From assembly GCA_964291675.2 (NCBI GenBank), contig OZ219866.1:2912001-2976000 (forward strand): 64,000 nt of DNA, read 5' to 3'. Of the stretch, positions 1 through 9,830 are shown in pieces. This stretch comes from Alphaproteobacteria bacterium (GTDB lineage Bacteria > Pseudomonadota > Alphaproteobacteria > MPNO01). Positions within the stretch are counted from its first letter, which is position 1; each line of letters begins with the position of its first letter. The notes under the pieces are model-generated. The model worked only from the letters and a program-made list of their open reading frames with translations. It was not told the origin of the DNA and searched no databases. A program made the position numbers and the translations under genes.

Positions 1-1011
1 GCGGTGAAGAACTCGGGCAAGTACATCGCCATCGGCTGCCTGGTGGTCAGGGACCCGGAGACCGGGGTGCTCAACGCCGGGGTCTACCGCCACGAGATCA
101 AGGGCAGGGCCGAGCTCGCCTGCATGTTCAACCCGGCCCACCACGCGGGCTACATCTACCGCAAGTACCGCGAGATGAATAAGCCGATGGACGCGGTGCT
201 GTTCATCGGCCACCACCCGGCCGCCATCCTCGGCACGCTGTCCAAGCAGCCCTTCGACTCCGACGAGTACGAGATGATGGGCGCGCTGATGGGCGAGCCG
301 CTCGAGGTGGTCGACGGCGAGACGGTCGACATCCCGGTGCCGGCCTGGGCGGAGATCGCCATCGAGGGCTTCCTCGACCCGGCGAAGGAGACCGCCGACG
401 GCCCGTTCTCCGAGTACACCGGGTTCTACGGCCCGGCCAAGGACCCGGTCGGGCTGATGCAGGTGACCGGGATCACCATGCGCCGGGACGCGATCTACCA
501 CGACCTCGACCCGTCGCATCGCGAGCACAACCTGGCCGGCGCGCTGACCTTCGAGACCGCGCTCTACAACGCGGTCGCCAAGCTCGTCCCCTCGGTCACC
601 GGCGTCCACCTGCCGCCCTCCGGCAACTGCACCTTCACCGCCTATATCAAGATCCGCAAGCGGGTGCCGGGCGAGGGCAAGTCGGCCGGCATGGCGGCGC
701 TGGCCGGCGATCCCAACGTCAAGATCGCCATCGTGGTCGACGACGAGATCGACATCTACAACGACTCCGACGTGCTGTGGGCGGTCTCCACCCACGTCCA
801 GGCCGACCGCGACGTGACCGCCATCCCGTTCGCCATGGGCGCCCATCTCGACCCCTCGGCATATGGCGAGGTCAGGACCGAGAAGGGGCCCATGCAGACC
901 AAGATGATCGTCGACGCGACCCGCCCGGCGACGCTCCCCTTCGCCGACCGCATCGTGCCGCCGAAGGAGGCGTGGGAGCGAATCCGCCTGGAAGACTATC
1001 TCGACGGCTAG
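1..1011 (+). CDS. UbiD-family (prFMN-dependent) decarboxylase, 5' end outside window
   Basis: Frame open from base 1; NAGVYR, VPAWAEIAIEG, DGPFSEYTGFY, IVVDDEIDIYN..VLWA and KMIVDAT are UbiD-family motifs. Confidence 0.9.
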   Translation, partial: AVKNSGKYIAIGCLVVRDPETGVLNAGVYRHEIKGRAELACMFNPAHHAGYIYRKYREMNKPMDAVLFIGHHPAAILGTLSKQPFDSDEYEMMGALMGEPLEVVDGETVDIPVPAWAEIAIEGFLDPAKETADGPFSEYTGFYGPAKDPVGLMQVTGITMRRDAIYHDLDPSHREHNLAGALTFETALYNAVAKLVPSVTGVHLPPSGNCTFTAYIKIRKRVPGEGKSAGMAALAGDPNVKIAIVVDDEIDIYNDSDVLWAVSTHVQADRDVTAIPFAMGAHLDPSAYGEVRTEKGPMQTKMIVDATRPATLPFADRIVPPKEAWERIRLEDYLDG

Positions 1012-1036
1012 GCCGTCCACGCGGCCCCTCCGACGC

Positions 1037-1121
1037 CATGCCGGCCCGGCACCCGCGGGTGCGGCGCAGCGGGGGACATCGGCTGCGGGCACCGGATGCC
1101 CGGACATACCCGGCCATGACG
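1037..1121. repeat. Degenerate REP-like palindromic element
   Basis: GGATGCCCGGACATACCCGGCCATGACG (1094-1121) resembles the right arm of the element at 3031-3107; intergenic position. Confidence 0.45.
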
Positions 1122-1200
1122 ATTGGGGGAGCGGGCATTCTCTCGCGTTGGGGACGCCGAGCGGCCTACCATGCGGCATCGCGCGGCGGGGAGGCGAGGG

Positions 1201-1986
1201 ATGGTGGCGGAAAAGACGGTCTGGATCACCGGCGCCTCGGGCGGGCTGGGCGAGGCGCTGGCGCATGCCTTCGGCGCGGCCGGGGCGCAGCTGGTGCTGT
1301 CGGCCCGGCGCGCCGGCGAGCTCGACCGGGTGGCGCGGGCGATCGGCCGGTCGGGCGGCGAAGCGCGGGCGCTGCCGATGGACCTCGCCGACCCCGCCTC
1401 GATCGAGGCCGCGACCAGGGCGGTGCGCGCCGAGGGGCGCATCGACTACCTGATCCACAACGCCGGCCAGACCCAGCGCGCGCTGGTCGCCGATGCCGGG
1501 ATCGAAATCTACCGCCGCCTGTTCGAGGTCAATTTCTTCGGGCCGCTGGCGCTCACCCGGGCGGTCATGCCGGCGCTGGCGGGCGGCGGCAAGATCGTCG
1601 TCATCTCCAGCATCGCGGCCTACTACTCCTCGCCCTACCGGTCGGGCTACAACGCCTCGAAGAAGGCGCTGCACGGGCTGTTCGACGCCTTCCGGGCGGA
1701 GGCGCATCGCGACGGAATCGGTGTGCTGCTGGTCGTCCTCGGCAGCGTCAGGACCCGGGTCTCGGTCAACGCGCTCAGGGGCGACGGCAGCCCGTACGGC
1801 CGCATGGATCCGGCGATGGCGGCCGGCATGGACCCCGCCCGGGTCGCCGCCAGGATCCTCCGCGCAGCGGTTTCGGGGCGCGAGGAGATCGCCATCGCGC
1901 CGCTCGGCCAGCGCTGGCTGATGTGGCGCAAGGCGTGGCTCCCGCGCCGCGCCTCGCGCGCCGTCCGGCTGCGCCCGCGCGCCTGA
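1201..1986 (+). CDS. Short-chain dehydrogenase/reductase (classical SDR)
   Basis: TGASGGLG, HNAG and YNASK (YxxxK) motifs; ATG at 1201 after a purine-rich RBS. Confidence 0.9.
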   Translation: MVAEKTVWITGASGGLGEALAHAFGAAGAQLVLSARRAGELDRVARAIGRSGGEARALPMDLADPASIEAATRAVRAEGRIDYLIHNAGQTQRALVADAGIEIYRRLFEVNFFGPLALTRAVMPALAGGGKIVVISSIAAYYSSPYRSGYNASKKALHGLFDAFRAEAHRDGIGVLLVVLGSVRTRVSVNALRGDGSPYGRMDPAMAAGMDPARVAARILRAAVSGREEIAIAPLGQRWLMWRKAWLPRRASRAVRLRPRA

Positions 1987-2066
1987 CCCGGCCCCCTGCG
2001 CGGTTCGGTCGCAGCCCCGCGGCGCCACGGCCGCGCTAGTCTCGCCCCTCCAATCTCGGAGGAGCC

Positions 2067-3014
2067 ATGGCGAGATCGATCCGCGTGGGCGCGGTGCTGC
2101 TGCTCGCCCTCGCCGGCGCTCTGCCGGCGGCGGCGCAAAGTTTCGAGGAAGCCGCCGCGGCCTACCGCGAGGGCGACTACGCCGCGGCTCGTCGGGGCTT
2201 CCTCGGCCCGGCCGAGCGCGGCAACGTCCTCGCCCAGCTCGCCCTCGGGGTGATCTACGACGAGGGCAGGGGCGTCCGCCAAGACGACGCCGAGGCCGCC
2301 AGATGGTTCCGCCGCGCCGCCGAGCAGGGCAATGCCTACGCGCAGAACAATCTGGGCCTGATGTACGGGGCGGGTCGCGGCGTGCGCCGCGATGCCGCCG
2401 AGTCCGCCAAATGGCTGCGACGCTCGGCCGAACAGGGCCACGTCCTCGCCCAGAACAATCTCGCCAACCTCTACCTCGCCGGCCGCGGCGTCGACCGCGA
2501 CTACGCCGAGGCCGCCAAATGGTACCGGCGCGCCGCCGAGCAGGGTCTTGTGGACGCCCAGTACAATCTCGCCGTCATACATGCCAGGGGCGATGGGGTG
2601 GACCGCGACGCCGCCCAGGCGGTCGAATGGTATCGCCGCGCCGCCGAGCAGGGCCATCGCCGCGCCGCGTTCAGCCTCGCACACATGTATCTCAAGGGCG
2701 AGGGTGTCGACGAGGATCTCGCCCAAGCCGCGACATGGTATCGCCGCGCCGCGGAGCGGGGCGACGGCAACGCCCAGGCGATGATCGGGTTCATGCACGA
2801 GGCCGCCAAGGGCGTGCCGGAGGACCTGGTCGAGGCCTACAAATGGTATGCGCTGGCGCTGTCCCCGGGAAACGCGCCGAGCCCGGAGATGCGCGAAATC
2901 GCGCACCGGGGACAGGCCAGGGTCGAAAAGCGCCTGCCGGACGCCGACCTCTCCCGCGCCCGGCGCCTGGCGCGGGAATGGGAGCCCGAGACCGGCGGGG
3001 ACCGGTCGCGGTAG
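2067..3014 (+). CDS. Secreted Sel1-like repeat (SLR) protein
   Basis: N-terminal signal peptide; about six 36-aa AQxNLGxxY..GxGVxxDxxEAxxWYRRAAEQG repeats; GGAGGAG RBS. Confidence 0.93.
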   Translation: MARSIRVGAVLLLALAGALPAAAQSFEEAAAAYREGDYAAARRGFLGPAERGNVLAQLALGVIYDEGRGVRQDDAEAARWFRRAAEQGNAYAQNNLGLMYGAGRGVRRDAAESAKWLRRSAEQGHVLAQNNLANLYLAGRGVDRDYAEAAKWYRRAAEQGLVDAQYNLAVIHARGDGVDRDAAQAVEWYRRAAEQGHRRAAFSLAHMYLKGEGVDEDLAQAATWYRRAAERGDGNAQAMIGFMHEAAKGVPEDLVEAYKWYALALSPGNAPSPEMREIAHRGQARVEKRLPDADLSRARRLAREWEPETGGDRSR

Positions 3015-3030
3015 CGTCCTCTGCCTTCCA

Positions 3031-3107
3031 CGTCACGGCGGGACCCGTTCCGGCCATCCACCCAGCGCTTCCGCACATGGGTGCCCGGAACGATTCCGGG
3101 CATGACG
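3031..3107. repeat. REP-like inverted doublet between convergent genes
   Basis: CGTCACGGCGGGACCCGTTCCGGCCATCCA...TGGGTGCCCGGAACGATTCCGGGCATGACG, matching the alphaproteobacterial GTCATGGCCGG..CCGGCCATCCA / TGGATGCCCGG..CCGGGCATGAC palindrome type. Confidence 0.7.
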
Positions 3108-3125
3108 GCCTCCGGCGGGGACGGC

Positions 3126-3965
3126 TCAACCCAGACCGGCGAGGAAATCGGCGACGGCCTCGGCGGTCTCGGCGGGCTTCTCGATGAACGGGATGTGACC
3201 GCCGCCCGGGATCTCGCGATAGGCGGCGCCCGGGATCGCATCGGCGATGATCCGGGAGAACTTCGCGGGGATGAAATAGTCGTTGTCGCCGGTCAGCACC
3301 AGGGTGGGGCAGGCGACGCCGCGGATCTTCGCGGTCCACGACTCCTCGCCCTCCTGGCCCGGCAGGCGGCGGCCCCAATGCAGGATCGAATCGAGGAAGG
3401 CGGTGTAGAGCACGGGCGAGTTCCTGCGCACGTTCTCCTGGTTGGCCCGCATGACGGCGAGCCCCTCGTCGGTGTCCATGAACTCCCGGGTCATGGTCGA
3501 GAGCCCCATGAAGTCGGCGAGCTCCTCCCCCATGCCGATCCTGGCGATGATCTTCTTGCGCAGCGAGAAGTTGATCTCCATCGCCCGGTCGAGCTCGGAG
3601 AAGCCGCCGACCACGATCATCGAGCGCACCAGCTCGGGGTGGCGCACCGCCATCGCCTGCGCCACCGACCCGCCGAGCGAGGAGCCCAGCACGTCGACGC
3701 TGGCCCAGCCCGCGTGGCGGGCGAGGGCAGCGAAGTCGTCGGCCCAGAGCTCGGCGCCGTAGGTGACGCCGGAGGGGTCGTCCTTCTGCGACCGCCCGAC
3801 GCCGCGCGGATCGACCAGCACGGTGGTGCAGCCCGCGCGCAGCAGCGGTTCGCCCAGCCGGTAATAGCTGTGGTCCATGCCGAGGCCCGGGAACAGCATC
3901 AGCGGGTGGCCGCCGCCCTGCGCCTGGTACCAGATCTCGGTGCCGTTGACCGCCGCCGTCGGCAT
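3126..3965 (-). CDS. Alpha/beta fold hydrolase
   Basis: DPRGVGRS, GSSLGG nucleophile elbow, GDND acid, GGHIP His; ATG at 3965 with AGGAGG RBS. Confidence 0.88.
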   Translation of the reverse strand: MPTAAVNGTEIWYQAQGGGHPLMLFPGLGMDHSYYRLGEPLLRAGCTTVLVDPRGVGRSQKDDPSGVTYGAELWADDFAALARHAGWASVDVLGSSLGGSVAQAMAVRHPELVRSMIVVGGFSELDRAMEINFSLRKKIIARIGMGEELADFMGLSTMTREFMDTDEGLAVMRANQENVRRNSPVLYTAFLDSILHWGRRLPGQEGEESWTAKIRGVACPTLVLTGDNDYFIPAKFSRIIADAIPGAAYREIPGGGHIPFIEKPAETAEAVADFLAGLG

Positions 3966-3976
3966 GGCGTTCCTCC

Positions 3977-6319
3977 TCAGCCCGCCGCTTCGCGCAGCGC
4001 CTGCCAGATGCAATGCGGGCTCGCCGGGAGCGGGAGTGCGGCCACCCCGCGGGCGGCGAGCGCGTCGAGCACGGCGAGGGTCACCGCCGGGTAGGCGCCC
4101 CCGTTGCCGGCCTCGCCGCAGCCCTTGACGCCGAGCGGGTTGGTGGCGCAGGGCACCGGGTGGGTGGTGAAGTCGACCGCCGCCATGTGGTCGGCCCGCG
4201 GCATGGCGTAATCCATGTAGGAGCCTGTCACGAGCTGGCCGTCCTCGTCATAGACCGTGTTCTCCAGCAGCACCTGGCCGAGCCCCTGGGCGATGCCGCC
4301 ATGCACCTGCCCCTCGACGATCAGCGGGTTGAGCACGGTGCCGAAATCGTCGACCACGGTGTAGCGCTCGATTGCGGCCGCGCCGGTATCGGGGTCGATC
4401 TCGATTTCGCAGACATGGCAGCCATTGGGGAAGCTGATCGGGCTCGTCTGGTGCGAGCGCTTGGCGTCCAGCCCGCCGGCGAGGTCGCCGGGCAGGGCCG
4501 GGTTGGCGCGCGCCGCCTCCGCCAGGCCCATGATGTCGATCGACCGGTCGGTGCCGGCGACGCGGAACGCCCCGTCGGCGAACTCGACGTCCTCGACCGC
4601 GGCCTCCAGCAGGTGACCGGCGATCCGCCGGCCGCGCGCGATTACCGCCTCGCTCGCCTCCAGGATGGCGCCGCCCGTGGCGATCGCCGAGCGCGAGCCG
4701 CCCGATCCGCCGGCGCCGTCGCTCATCTCGTCCGAATCGTGCTGCACGATGCGGATCCGTTCGAACGGCACGCCGAGCGTCCCGCTCAGCACCTGGGCGA
4801 AGGGCGTCGCATGGCCCATGCCGAAATCGCAGGTGCCGGTGACCAGGGTCACCGTGCCGTCCGCCTCGAAGCGGATATCGGCGAGCTCGGTGCCGGGCGC
4901 CGCGGTGGTCTCCAGATAGGGCGCGATGCCGAGCCCGCGCAGCCGGCCCGCTTCCTCGCTCGCCCGCCTGCGTTCGGCGAAGCCCGCGACATCGGCGCGC
5001 GCCATCGCCCGGTCCAGGATCGCCTCGAAGTCGCCCGAATCGTAAGTCAGCCCGACCGGCGTCTCGAACGGCATCTGGTCGGGCCGGACCAGGTTGCGCC
5101 GACGCAGCTCGATCCGGTCGATGCCGGTCTCGGCCGCCGCCTTGTCGATCAGCAGCTCGAGAAAATACTTCGACTCCGGCCGCCCGGCGCCGCGATAGGG
5201 CCCGGTCGGGACGGTGTTGGTGAACACGCATTTGGCGCCGTAGGAGAACAGCGGGGTCTTGTAGACGCTGATGATGTTGCGGCTGACCACCATGGTCACC
5301 GGCCACGGCCCCATGGCGGTGAGATAGGCCCCCATGTCGCCGAGCGCATCGACCTTGAGCGCGAGGAAGTTGCCGTCCTCGTCGAGCGCCAGCGCGAGGT
5401 CGACCGTCATCGCCCGCCCCTGGTGGTCCGACAGGAAGCTCTCCGCGCGGTCGGCGCACCACTTGACCGGGCGGTTCAGCCGGCGCGCCGCGTACATCGC
5501 GCAGATCGCCTCGGCATAGGCCGCGCCCTTCATGCCGAACGAGCCGCCGACATCGTCGCTGACCACGCGGATCTTGTCCGGCGCCACGCCGAAGATGGCG
5601 CCCGCCAGCGTCGCCCGGTAGCCGGTCACGCCCTGGCTGCCGACATGGAGGGTGAACTTTCCGGCGTCGGCGTCGTACTGCGCGAGCGCGGCGCGCGGCT
5701 CCATCGTGTTGACCACCATGCGGGTGTTGTCGAGGCGGATGCGGGTCACGTGACGGGCGTCCGCCAGCGCCGCCTCGACCGCCGCCTCGTCGCCCATGTG
5801 GAAGTCGAGGAAGACGTTTCCGGGGCAGCACTCCCAGAGCTCGGGCGCGTCCTCGGCAAGCGCGCGCTCGACGGTCGCCGCGGCGGGGAGCGGCGCGACC
5901 TCGAAGCGGATGGCTTCCGCCGCGTCGCGCGCCGCATCGAGGGTCTCCGCGATCACCACCGCCACCGGGTCGCCGACATGGCGCACCCGGCCGATGCTGA
6001 GCGCCGGGCGCGGCGGCACGCTGGGCGCCGAGCCGTCGCGGTTCTTCATCGGCACCGGGCAGGGGATGTGGCCGATGCCGTCGGCTTCGAGGTCGGCCCC
6101 GGTATAGACCGCGAGCACGCCGGGGGCGGCGCGGGCGGCGGCCACGTCGAGCGCCGCGATCTCCCCGTGACCCACCGTCGAGCGCAGGAACGCCGCATGG
6201 GCCTGGCCGGGCGCGCTGACATCGTCGGTGAAGCGGCCGCCGCCCGAGAGCAGGCGCGGGTCCTCGCTGCGCGGGACCGGCTGGCCGATCCCGAATTTGA
6301 GCGCGCTGTCGTCGGGCAT
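3977..6319 (-). CDS. Xanthine dehydrogenase-family molybdopterin-binding large subunit (CoxL form II-like)
   Basis: IGQPVPRSEDPRLL, DVGGSFGMKG, PYRGAGRPE, GQVHGGIAQG and GVKGCGEAG motifs. Confidence 0.92.
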   Translation of the reverse strand: MPDDSALKFGIGQPVPRSEDPRLLSGGGRFTDDVSAPGQAHAAFLRSTVGHGEIAALDVAAARAAPGVLAVYTGADLEADGIGHIPCPVPMKNRDGSAPSVPPRPALSIGRVRHVGDPVAVVIAETLDAARDAAEAIRFEVAPLPAAATVERALAEDAPELWECCPGNVFLDFHMGDEAAVEAALADARHVTRIRLDNTRMVVNTMEPRAALAQYDADAGKFTLHVGSQGVTGYRATLAGAIFGVAPDKIRVVSDDVGGSFGMKGAAYAEAICAMYAARRLNRPVKWCADRAESFLSDHQGRAMTVDLALALDEDGNFLALKVDALGDMGAYLTAMGPWPVTMVVSRNIISVYKTPLFSYGAKCVFTNTVPTGPYRGAGRPESKYFLELLIDKAAAETGIDRIELRRRNLVRPDQMPFETPVGLTYDSGDFEAILDRAMARADVAGFAERRRASEEAGRLRGLGIAPYLETTAAPGTELADIRFEADGTVTLVTGTCDFGMGHATPFAQVLSGTLGVPFERIRIVQHDSDEMSDGAGGSGGSRSAIATGGAILEASEAVIARGRRIAGHLLEAAVEDVEFADGAFRVAGTDRSIDIMGLAEAARANPALPGDLAGGLDAKRSHQTSPISFPNGCHVCEIEIDPDTGAAAIERYTVVDDFGTVLNPLIVEGQVHGGIAQGLGQVLLENTVYDEDGQLVTGSYMDYAMPRADHMAAVDFTTHPVPCATNPLGVKGCGEAGNGGAYPAVTLAVLDALAARGVAALPLPASPHCIWQALREAAG

Positions 6320-6327
6320 CGCGGCGG

Positions 6328-7038
6328 CTATTCGGCGGCTTGTTCTTCGTTGCGCCGCGTCGACGCCTCGAGCCGGGCGATCAGCTCGTCGGTCTCCTGC
6401 ACGTCGCCGAAATGGAGGTAGAAATTGCCCAGCGCCGCCGCGTGCTCGGAATCGCTCATCGTCGCGCAGCCGTCCGAGACCATCAGCGAGCGGTAGTTCA
6501 GCATCATCGCGTCGCGCGCCGTCGATTCGCAGCACACGTTGGTCGCCACCCCGGTCACGATGAGGGTCTCGATCTCGCGGTCGCGCAGCACGTTCTCGAT
6601 ATTCGACGAGCCCTGGATGAAGGCGCTGAAGCGCCGCTTGACGACGATCTCGTCCTCGTCGCGCACGTCGAGGGTGGGCCAGAGCTGGAACGCCCGCGAG
6701 CCGCGCTTCATGGCGTTCAGGCGTTGCTCGCGCTTCTCCGGCAGCAGGCGCTCATGCGTGACCGACCAGCTCTTGAGCGACTCGCGGGTCGCCAGGTTCT
6801 GCAGCCAGACCACCATCCCGCCGGCGGCTCTCACCGCCGCGGCGAGGCGGTTGACGTTGGGCACGATCTCCTGGGCCACCGGCGCCGCGCCGAGCTGGCC
6901 CTCCTCCATGAAATAGATCTGCATGTCGACCACCACCAGCGCCGTCTTCGGGCCGTCGAAGGTCTCGCAGGTATGCGGCCGTCCCTGGCGCTCGACCATC
7001 CGGTCGACATAGTCCTTGGGCATCTCGAAAGGGTGCAT
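6328..7038 (-). CDS. Isochorismatase-family cysteine hydrolase
   Basis: Asp-Lys-Cys triad in VVVDMQ, KRRFSAF and TNVCCESTARDA. Confidence 0.9.
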   Translation of the reverse strand: MHPFEMPKDYVDRMVERQGRPHTCETFDGPKTALVVVDMQIYFMEEGQLGAAPVAQEIVPNVNRLAAAVRAAGGMVVWLQNLATRESLKSWSVTHERLLPEKREQRLNAMKRGSRAFQLWPTLDVRDEDEIVVKRRFSAFIQGSSNIENVLRDREIETLIVTGVATNVCCESTARDAMMLNYRSLMVSDGCATMSDSEHAAALGNFYLHFGDVQETDELIARLEASTRRNEEQAAE

Positions 7039-7064
7039 CAACGCCTCCGCGGTTGGCTCGGGCG

Positions 7065-7093
7065 ACTATAGGTCCGCCGCCCCCGCGCGGCAA
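7065..7093 (-). promoter_or_regulatory. Putative sigma70 promoter for the cysteine hydrolase/Mo-subunit/hydrolase operon
   Basis: Minus strand TTGCCG-N17-TATAGT. Confidence 0.55.
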
Positions 7094-7113
7094 TCGCGCC
7101 CACCCGGGCGGTC

Positions 7114-7142
7114 TTGCAATGTCAGGGCAATCTGGCCACGAT
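7114..7142 (+). promoter_or_regulatory. Putative sigma70 promoter for dctQM
   Basis: TTGCAA-N17-CACGAT. Confidence 0.4.
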
Positions 7143-7221
7143 GACCGCGACGCCGCTGCGGTCCGGCACGGCGAAGGACGCGCGGGCCGCCAACGAAGAC
7201 AGAACGGTTGCGGGGACGGCC

Positions 7222-7830
7222 ATGAGCGATACCAGCCAGCAGAACGGCTCGGCCTTGGCGCGGATTGCCGACGCCTTGCACCCATTCGTCAGCGCCGGGG
7301 TGGTCAGCCTGCCGCGGCTCATCATCGGCTCGCTGATCCTGTTCGGGATCGCGATCAACTTCGCCAACATCCTCGGCCGCTATCTGTTCCTCGCGCCGAT
7401 CGTCTGGGCCGAGGAGATCATGATCTACTCGATGGTCTGGATGGTGTTCATCGGCGCGGTGCTGGTGAGCTGGGACGGCCACCACCTCAGGATGGACTTC
7501 TTTTCCATCATGCTGCCCTCGCCGTTCAAGGAGATCATGAACTTCGCCGGCGTGGTCTGCTTCCTGCTGGTGTGCATCTTCGTCCTGCCCCAGACCTTCA
7601 CGGTGACCGAGCTGATGTACCGGCTCGACCAGCGTAGCGTGGTCGCCGAGATCCCCATGGTGATCCCGCATTTCGCCATCCTGCTCGGCTTCATCATGAT
7701 GTTCGTCGTCATCGTCTGGCGCTTCCGCCGGCTGGTCACCGGCGACCTCACCAGCGAGGTCGAGGACCTGATCGCGGCGACCGAACAGCAGCAGGAAGAA
7801 GCGAAGCGCCGGGCGGAATCCGGCGGCTGA
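7222..7830 (+). CDS. dctQ: TRAP transporter small permease
   Basis: Four TM segments; NILGRY, WAEEI, WMVFIGA and HLRMD motifs; start codon uncertain. Confidence 0.88.
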   Translation: MSDTSQQNGSALARIADALHPFVSAGVVSLPRLIIGSLILFGIAINFANILGRYLFLAPIVWAEEIMIYSMVWMVFIGAVLVSWDGHHLRMDFFSIMLPSPFKEIMNFAGVVCFLLVCIFVLPQTFTVTELMYRLDQRSVVAEIPMVIPHFAILLGFIMMFVVIVWRFRRLVTGDLTSEVEDLIAATEQQQEEAKRRAESGG

Positions 7831-7882
7831 GCCGCGCCCGGGCAAAGCGAACAAGCGCAGCAGGGTTTGGGGGAGACGGGGA

Positions 7883-9157
7883 ATGGAGTGGGTGATGGTC
7901 CTGATGCCGGTGGGTCTTCTGCTCCTCGGCTTTCCGATCTTCATCATCCTGGTCGCCACCTCGGCGGTCATCCTCCTGTTCTTCACGCAGGTGCCGCATA
8001 CCGCGGTCCACCAGGTGATGTTCGGCAGCGTCGACAAGTTCGCGCTGATGGCGGTTCCGTTCTTCATCTTCGCCGGCGAGCTGATGGGCATGGGCGGCAT
8101 CTCCCAGCGCATCATCGCCTGGGTGATGTCGGTGATCGGCGGGATGCGGGGCAGCCTGCCGCTGACCACGGTCGGCACGTGTACGATCTTCGGCGCGATC
8201 TCGGGGTCGAGCCCGGCCACCGTGGCCGCGGTCGGCCGGCTGATGTACCCGCCGCTGCGCGAGAAGGGCTACGACGAGAGATTCTCGACCGGCGTGCTGA
8301 CGTCTTCGGGCGCCATCGCCATCGTCATCCCGCCCTCGATCAGCATGATCCTCTACGGCGCCTCGGCCGAGCAGTCGGTGTCGCATCTGTTCATCGCCGG
8401 CGTCTTCCCGGGCCTGCTGATGTCGCTGATGATGGGCGGCTACATCTACTGGTACGCCGCCCGGCGCGACATCCGCGAGGGCCAGCCCTTCGAGTGGCGC
8501 GAGTTCCTGCGCGCCAGCAAGTCCGGCATCTGGGCGCTCGGCACCCCGGGGATCATCCTGGGCGGCATCTATGCCGGGGTGTTCTCGCCCACCGAGGCGG
8601 CGGGGATCGCCTGCGTCTACGCCATCCTGGTCACCAAGTTCATCTACGGCGACATCTCGTGGCGCGGCATCTGGGACGTCTCGATCAACTCCATGTACCT
8701 GACCGCCCAGGTCCTGATCATCGTCGCCGGCGCCGGCGTGTTCTCCTGGCTGCTCACCATCAGCGGAATCCCGCAAGCCGCGGTCGCCGCGATCCAGGCG
8801 CTCGACGTCCCGCCCTGGGTCATCCTGATGATCATCAACGTGTTCCTGCTGATCGTCGGCTGCCTGCTCGACCCGGGATCGGCGATCCTGGTGCTGACCC
8901 CGCTGCTCGCCCCGATCGCCGCGGCGCTCGGCGTCGATCTGGTGCATTTCGGCGTGATCATGACGGTGAACCTCGCCATCGGCATGTTCACCCCGCCCTT
9001 CGGGCTCAACATCTTCGTCGCCCAGGCGCTGTTCAAGGCGCCGCTCAAGAGCATCTATCCCGGGCTGGTGCCGTTCATCGTCATCAACGTCTTTGCGCTG
9101 GTGATCGTCACCTACGTGCCCGAGCTCTCGCTCTATCTGCTGAAGTTCCTGGGCTAG
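7883..9157 (+). CDS. dctM: TRAP transporter large permease
   Basis: LMAVPFFIFAGELM, GAISGSSPAT, IPPSI, FSPTEAA and TPPFG motifs. Confidence 0.94.
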   Translation: MEWVMVLMPVGLLLLGFPIFIILVATSAVILLFFTQVPHTAVHQVMFGSVDKFALMAVPFFIFAGELMGMGGISQRIIAWVMSVIGGMRGSLPLTTVGTCTIFGAISGSSPATVAAVGRLMYPPLREKGYDERFSTGVLTSSGAIAIVIPPSISMILYGASAEQSVSHLFIAGVFPGLLMSLMMGGYIYWYAARRDIREGQPFEWREFLRASKSGIWALGTPGIILGGIYAGVFSPTEAAGIACVYAILVTKFIYGDISWRGIWDVSINSMYLTAQVLIIVAGAGVFSWLLTISGIPQAAVAAIQALDVPPWVILMIINVFLLIVGCLLDPGSAILVLTPLLAPIAAALGVDLVHFGVIMTVNLAIGMFTPPFGLNIFVAQALFKAPLKSIYPGLVPFIVINVFALVIVTYVPELSLYLLKFLG

Positions 9158-9830
9158 CGCCGCTTCCGAAGGCGAGGTCGGGCCCGCCGGAGGCGACGAC
9201 GACGCGGAGCGCGGCAAGCGCGCGGCGGTAATCCGTTGCAAGCCGGGCGAGCGCCGCCCAGTCGCCGGGACGCCGGCAGAGCTCGATGACCGCCCGGGCG
9301 CGGCCGACGCCCAATGCGGTGAGCGCCGACGCGGGCAGGCTGCGCCCGGCCGGGTCGGCGATGGCGCGCACGGCCAGCACCGGCAGCCCCACTTCCGCCG
9401 CCGCGAGCCCGACTTCGTGGCTCTCCATGTCGACCGCGGCGGCGCCCGAGGATCGGGCGAGCGCCGCCCTGGCGGCGGCGTCGGCGACCGGCTCGGGGGT
9501 TCCGGCGATCGGCGCGCGGGTGATGCGAAGCGCGGGCTCCAGCCGGGCGGCGAGCCGGCCCGCCCATTCCCCGTCGACCCCGATCGCGGCGCCGCCGGGG
9601 GCGACGATTTCGGTCGCGATCACCACCGTCCCCGGAAGCAGCCCGGGATCGAGCCCGCCCGCCACGCCGAAGCTGGCCAGCGCAGCCGCGCCCGAGCCGG
9701 CCAGCGCCTCGGCGTGCGACCGCGCCCGCTCCGGGGAGCCGTCGGCGCACAGGATCGCGGCGGCCGCGCCGCGCGCGGCGCGGGCTTCCCCCGGGAGGCC
9801 GGTGACGATCCCGAGCCGCCCGGCGTTCAC
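9108..9830 (-). CDS. hpnG: Hopanoid-associated phosphorylase/nucleosidase
   Basis: SFGVAGGLDP, AVDMESH and AVRAIADP motifs; GTG start overlaps the shc stop; 3' end overlaps dctM. Confidence 0.82.
   Translation of the reverse strand: MNAGRLGIVTGLPGEARAARGAAAAILCADGSPERARSHAEALAGSGAAALASFGVAGGLDPGLLPGTVVIATEIVAPGGAAIGVDGEWAGRLAARLEPALRITRAPIAGTPEPVADAAARAALARSSGAAAVDMESHEVGLAAAEVGLPVLAVRAIADPAGRSLPASALTALGVGRARAVIELCRRPGDWAALARLATDYRRALAALRVVVASGGPDLAFGSGASPGTSADRARARARR

Noticed and set aside
3977-6319. Aerobic CO dehydrogenase (form I coxL)
   Set aside because: The active-site loop is PYRGAGR rather than AYxCSFR, and no coxMS or accessory genes are adjacent.
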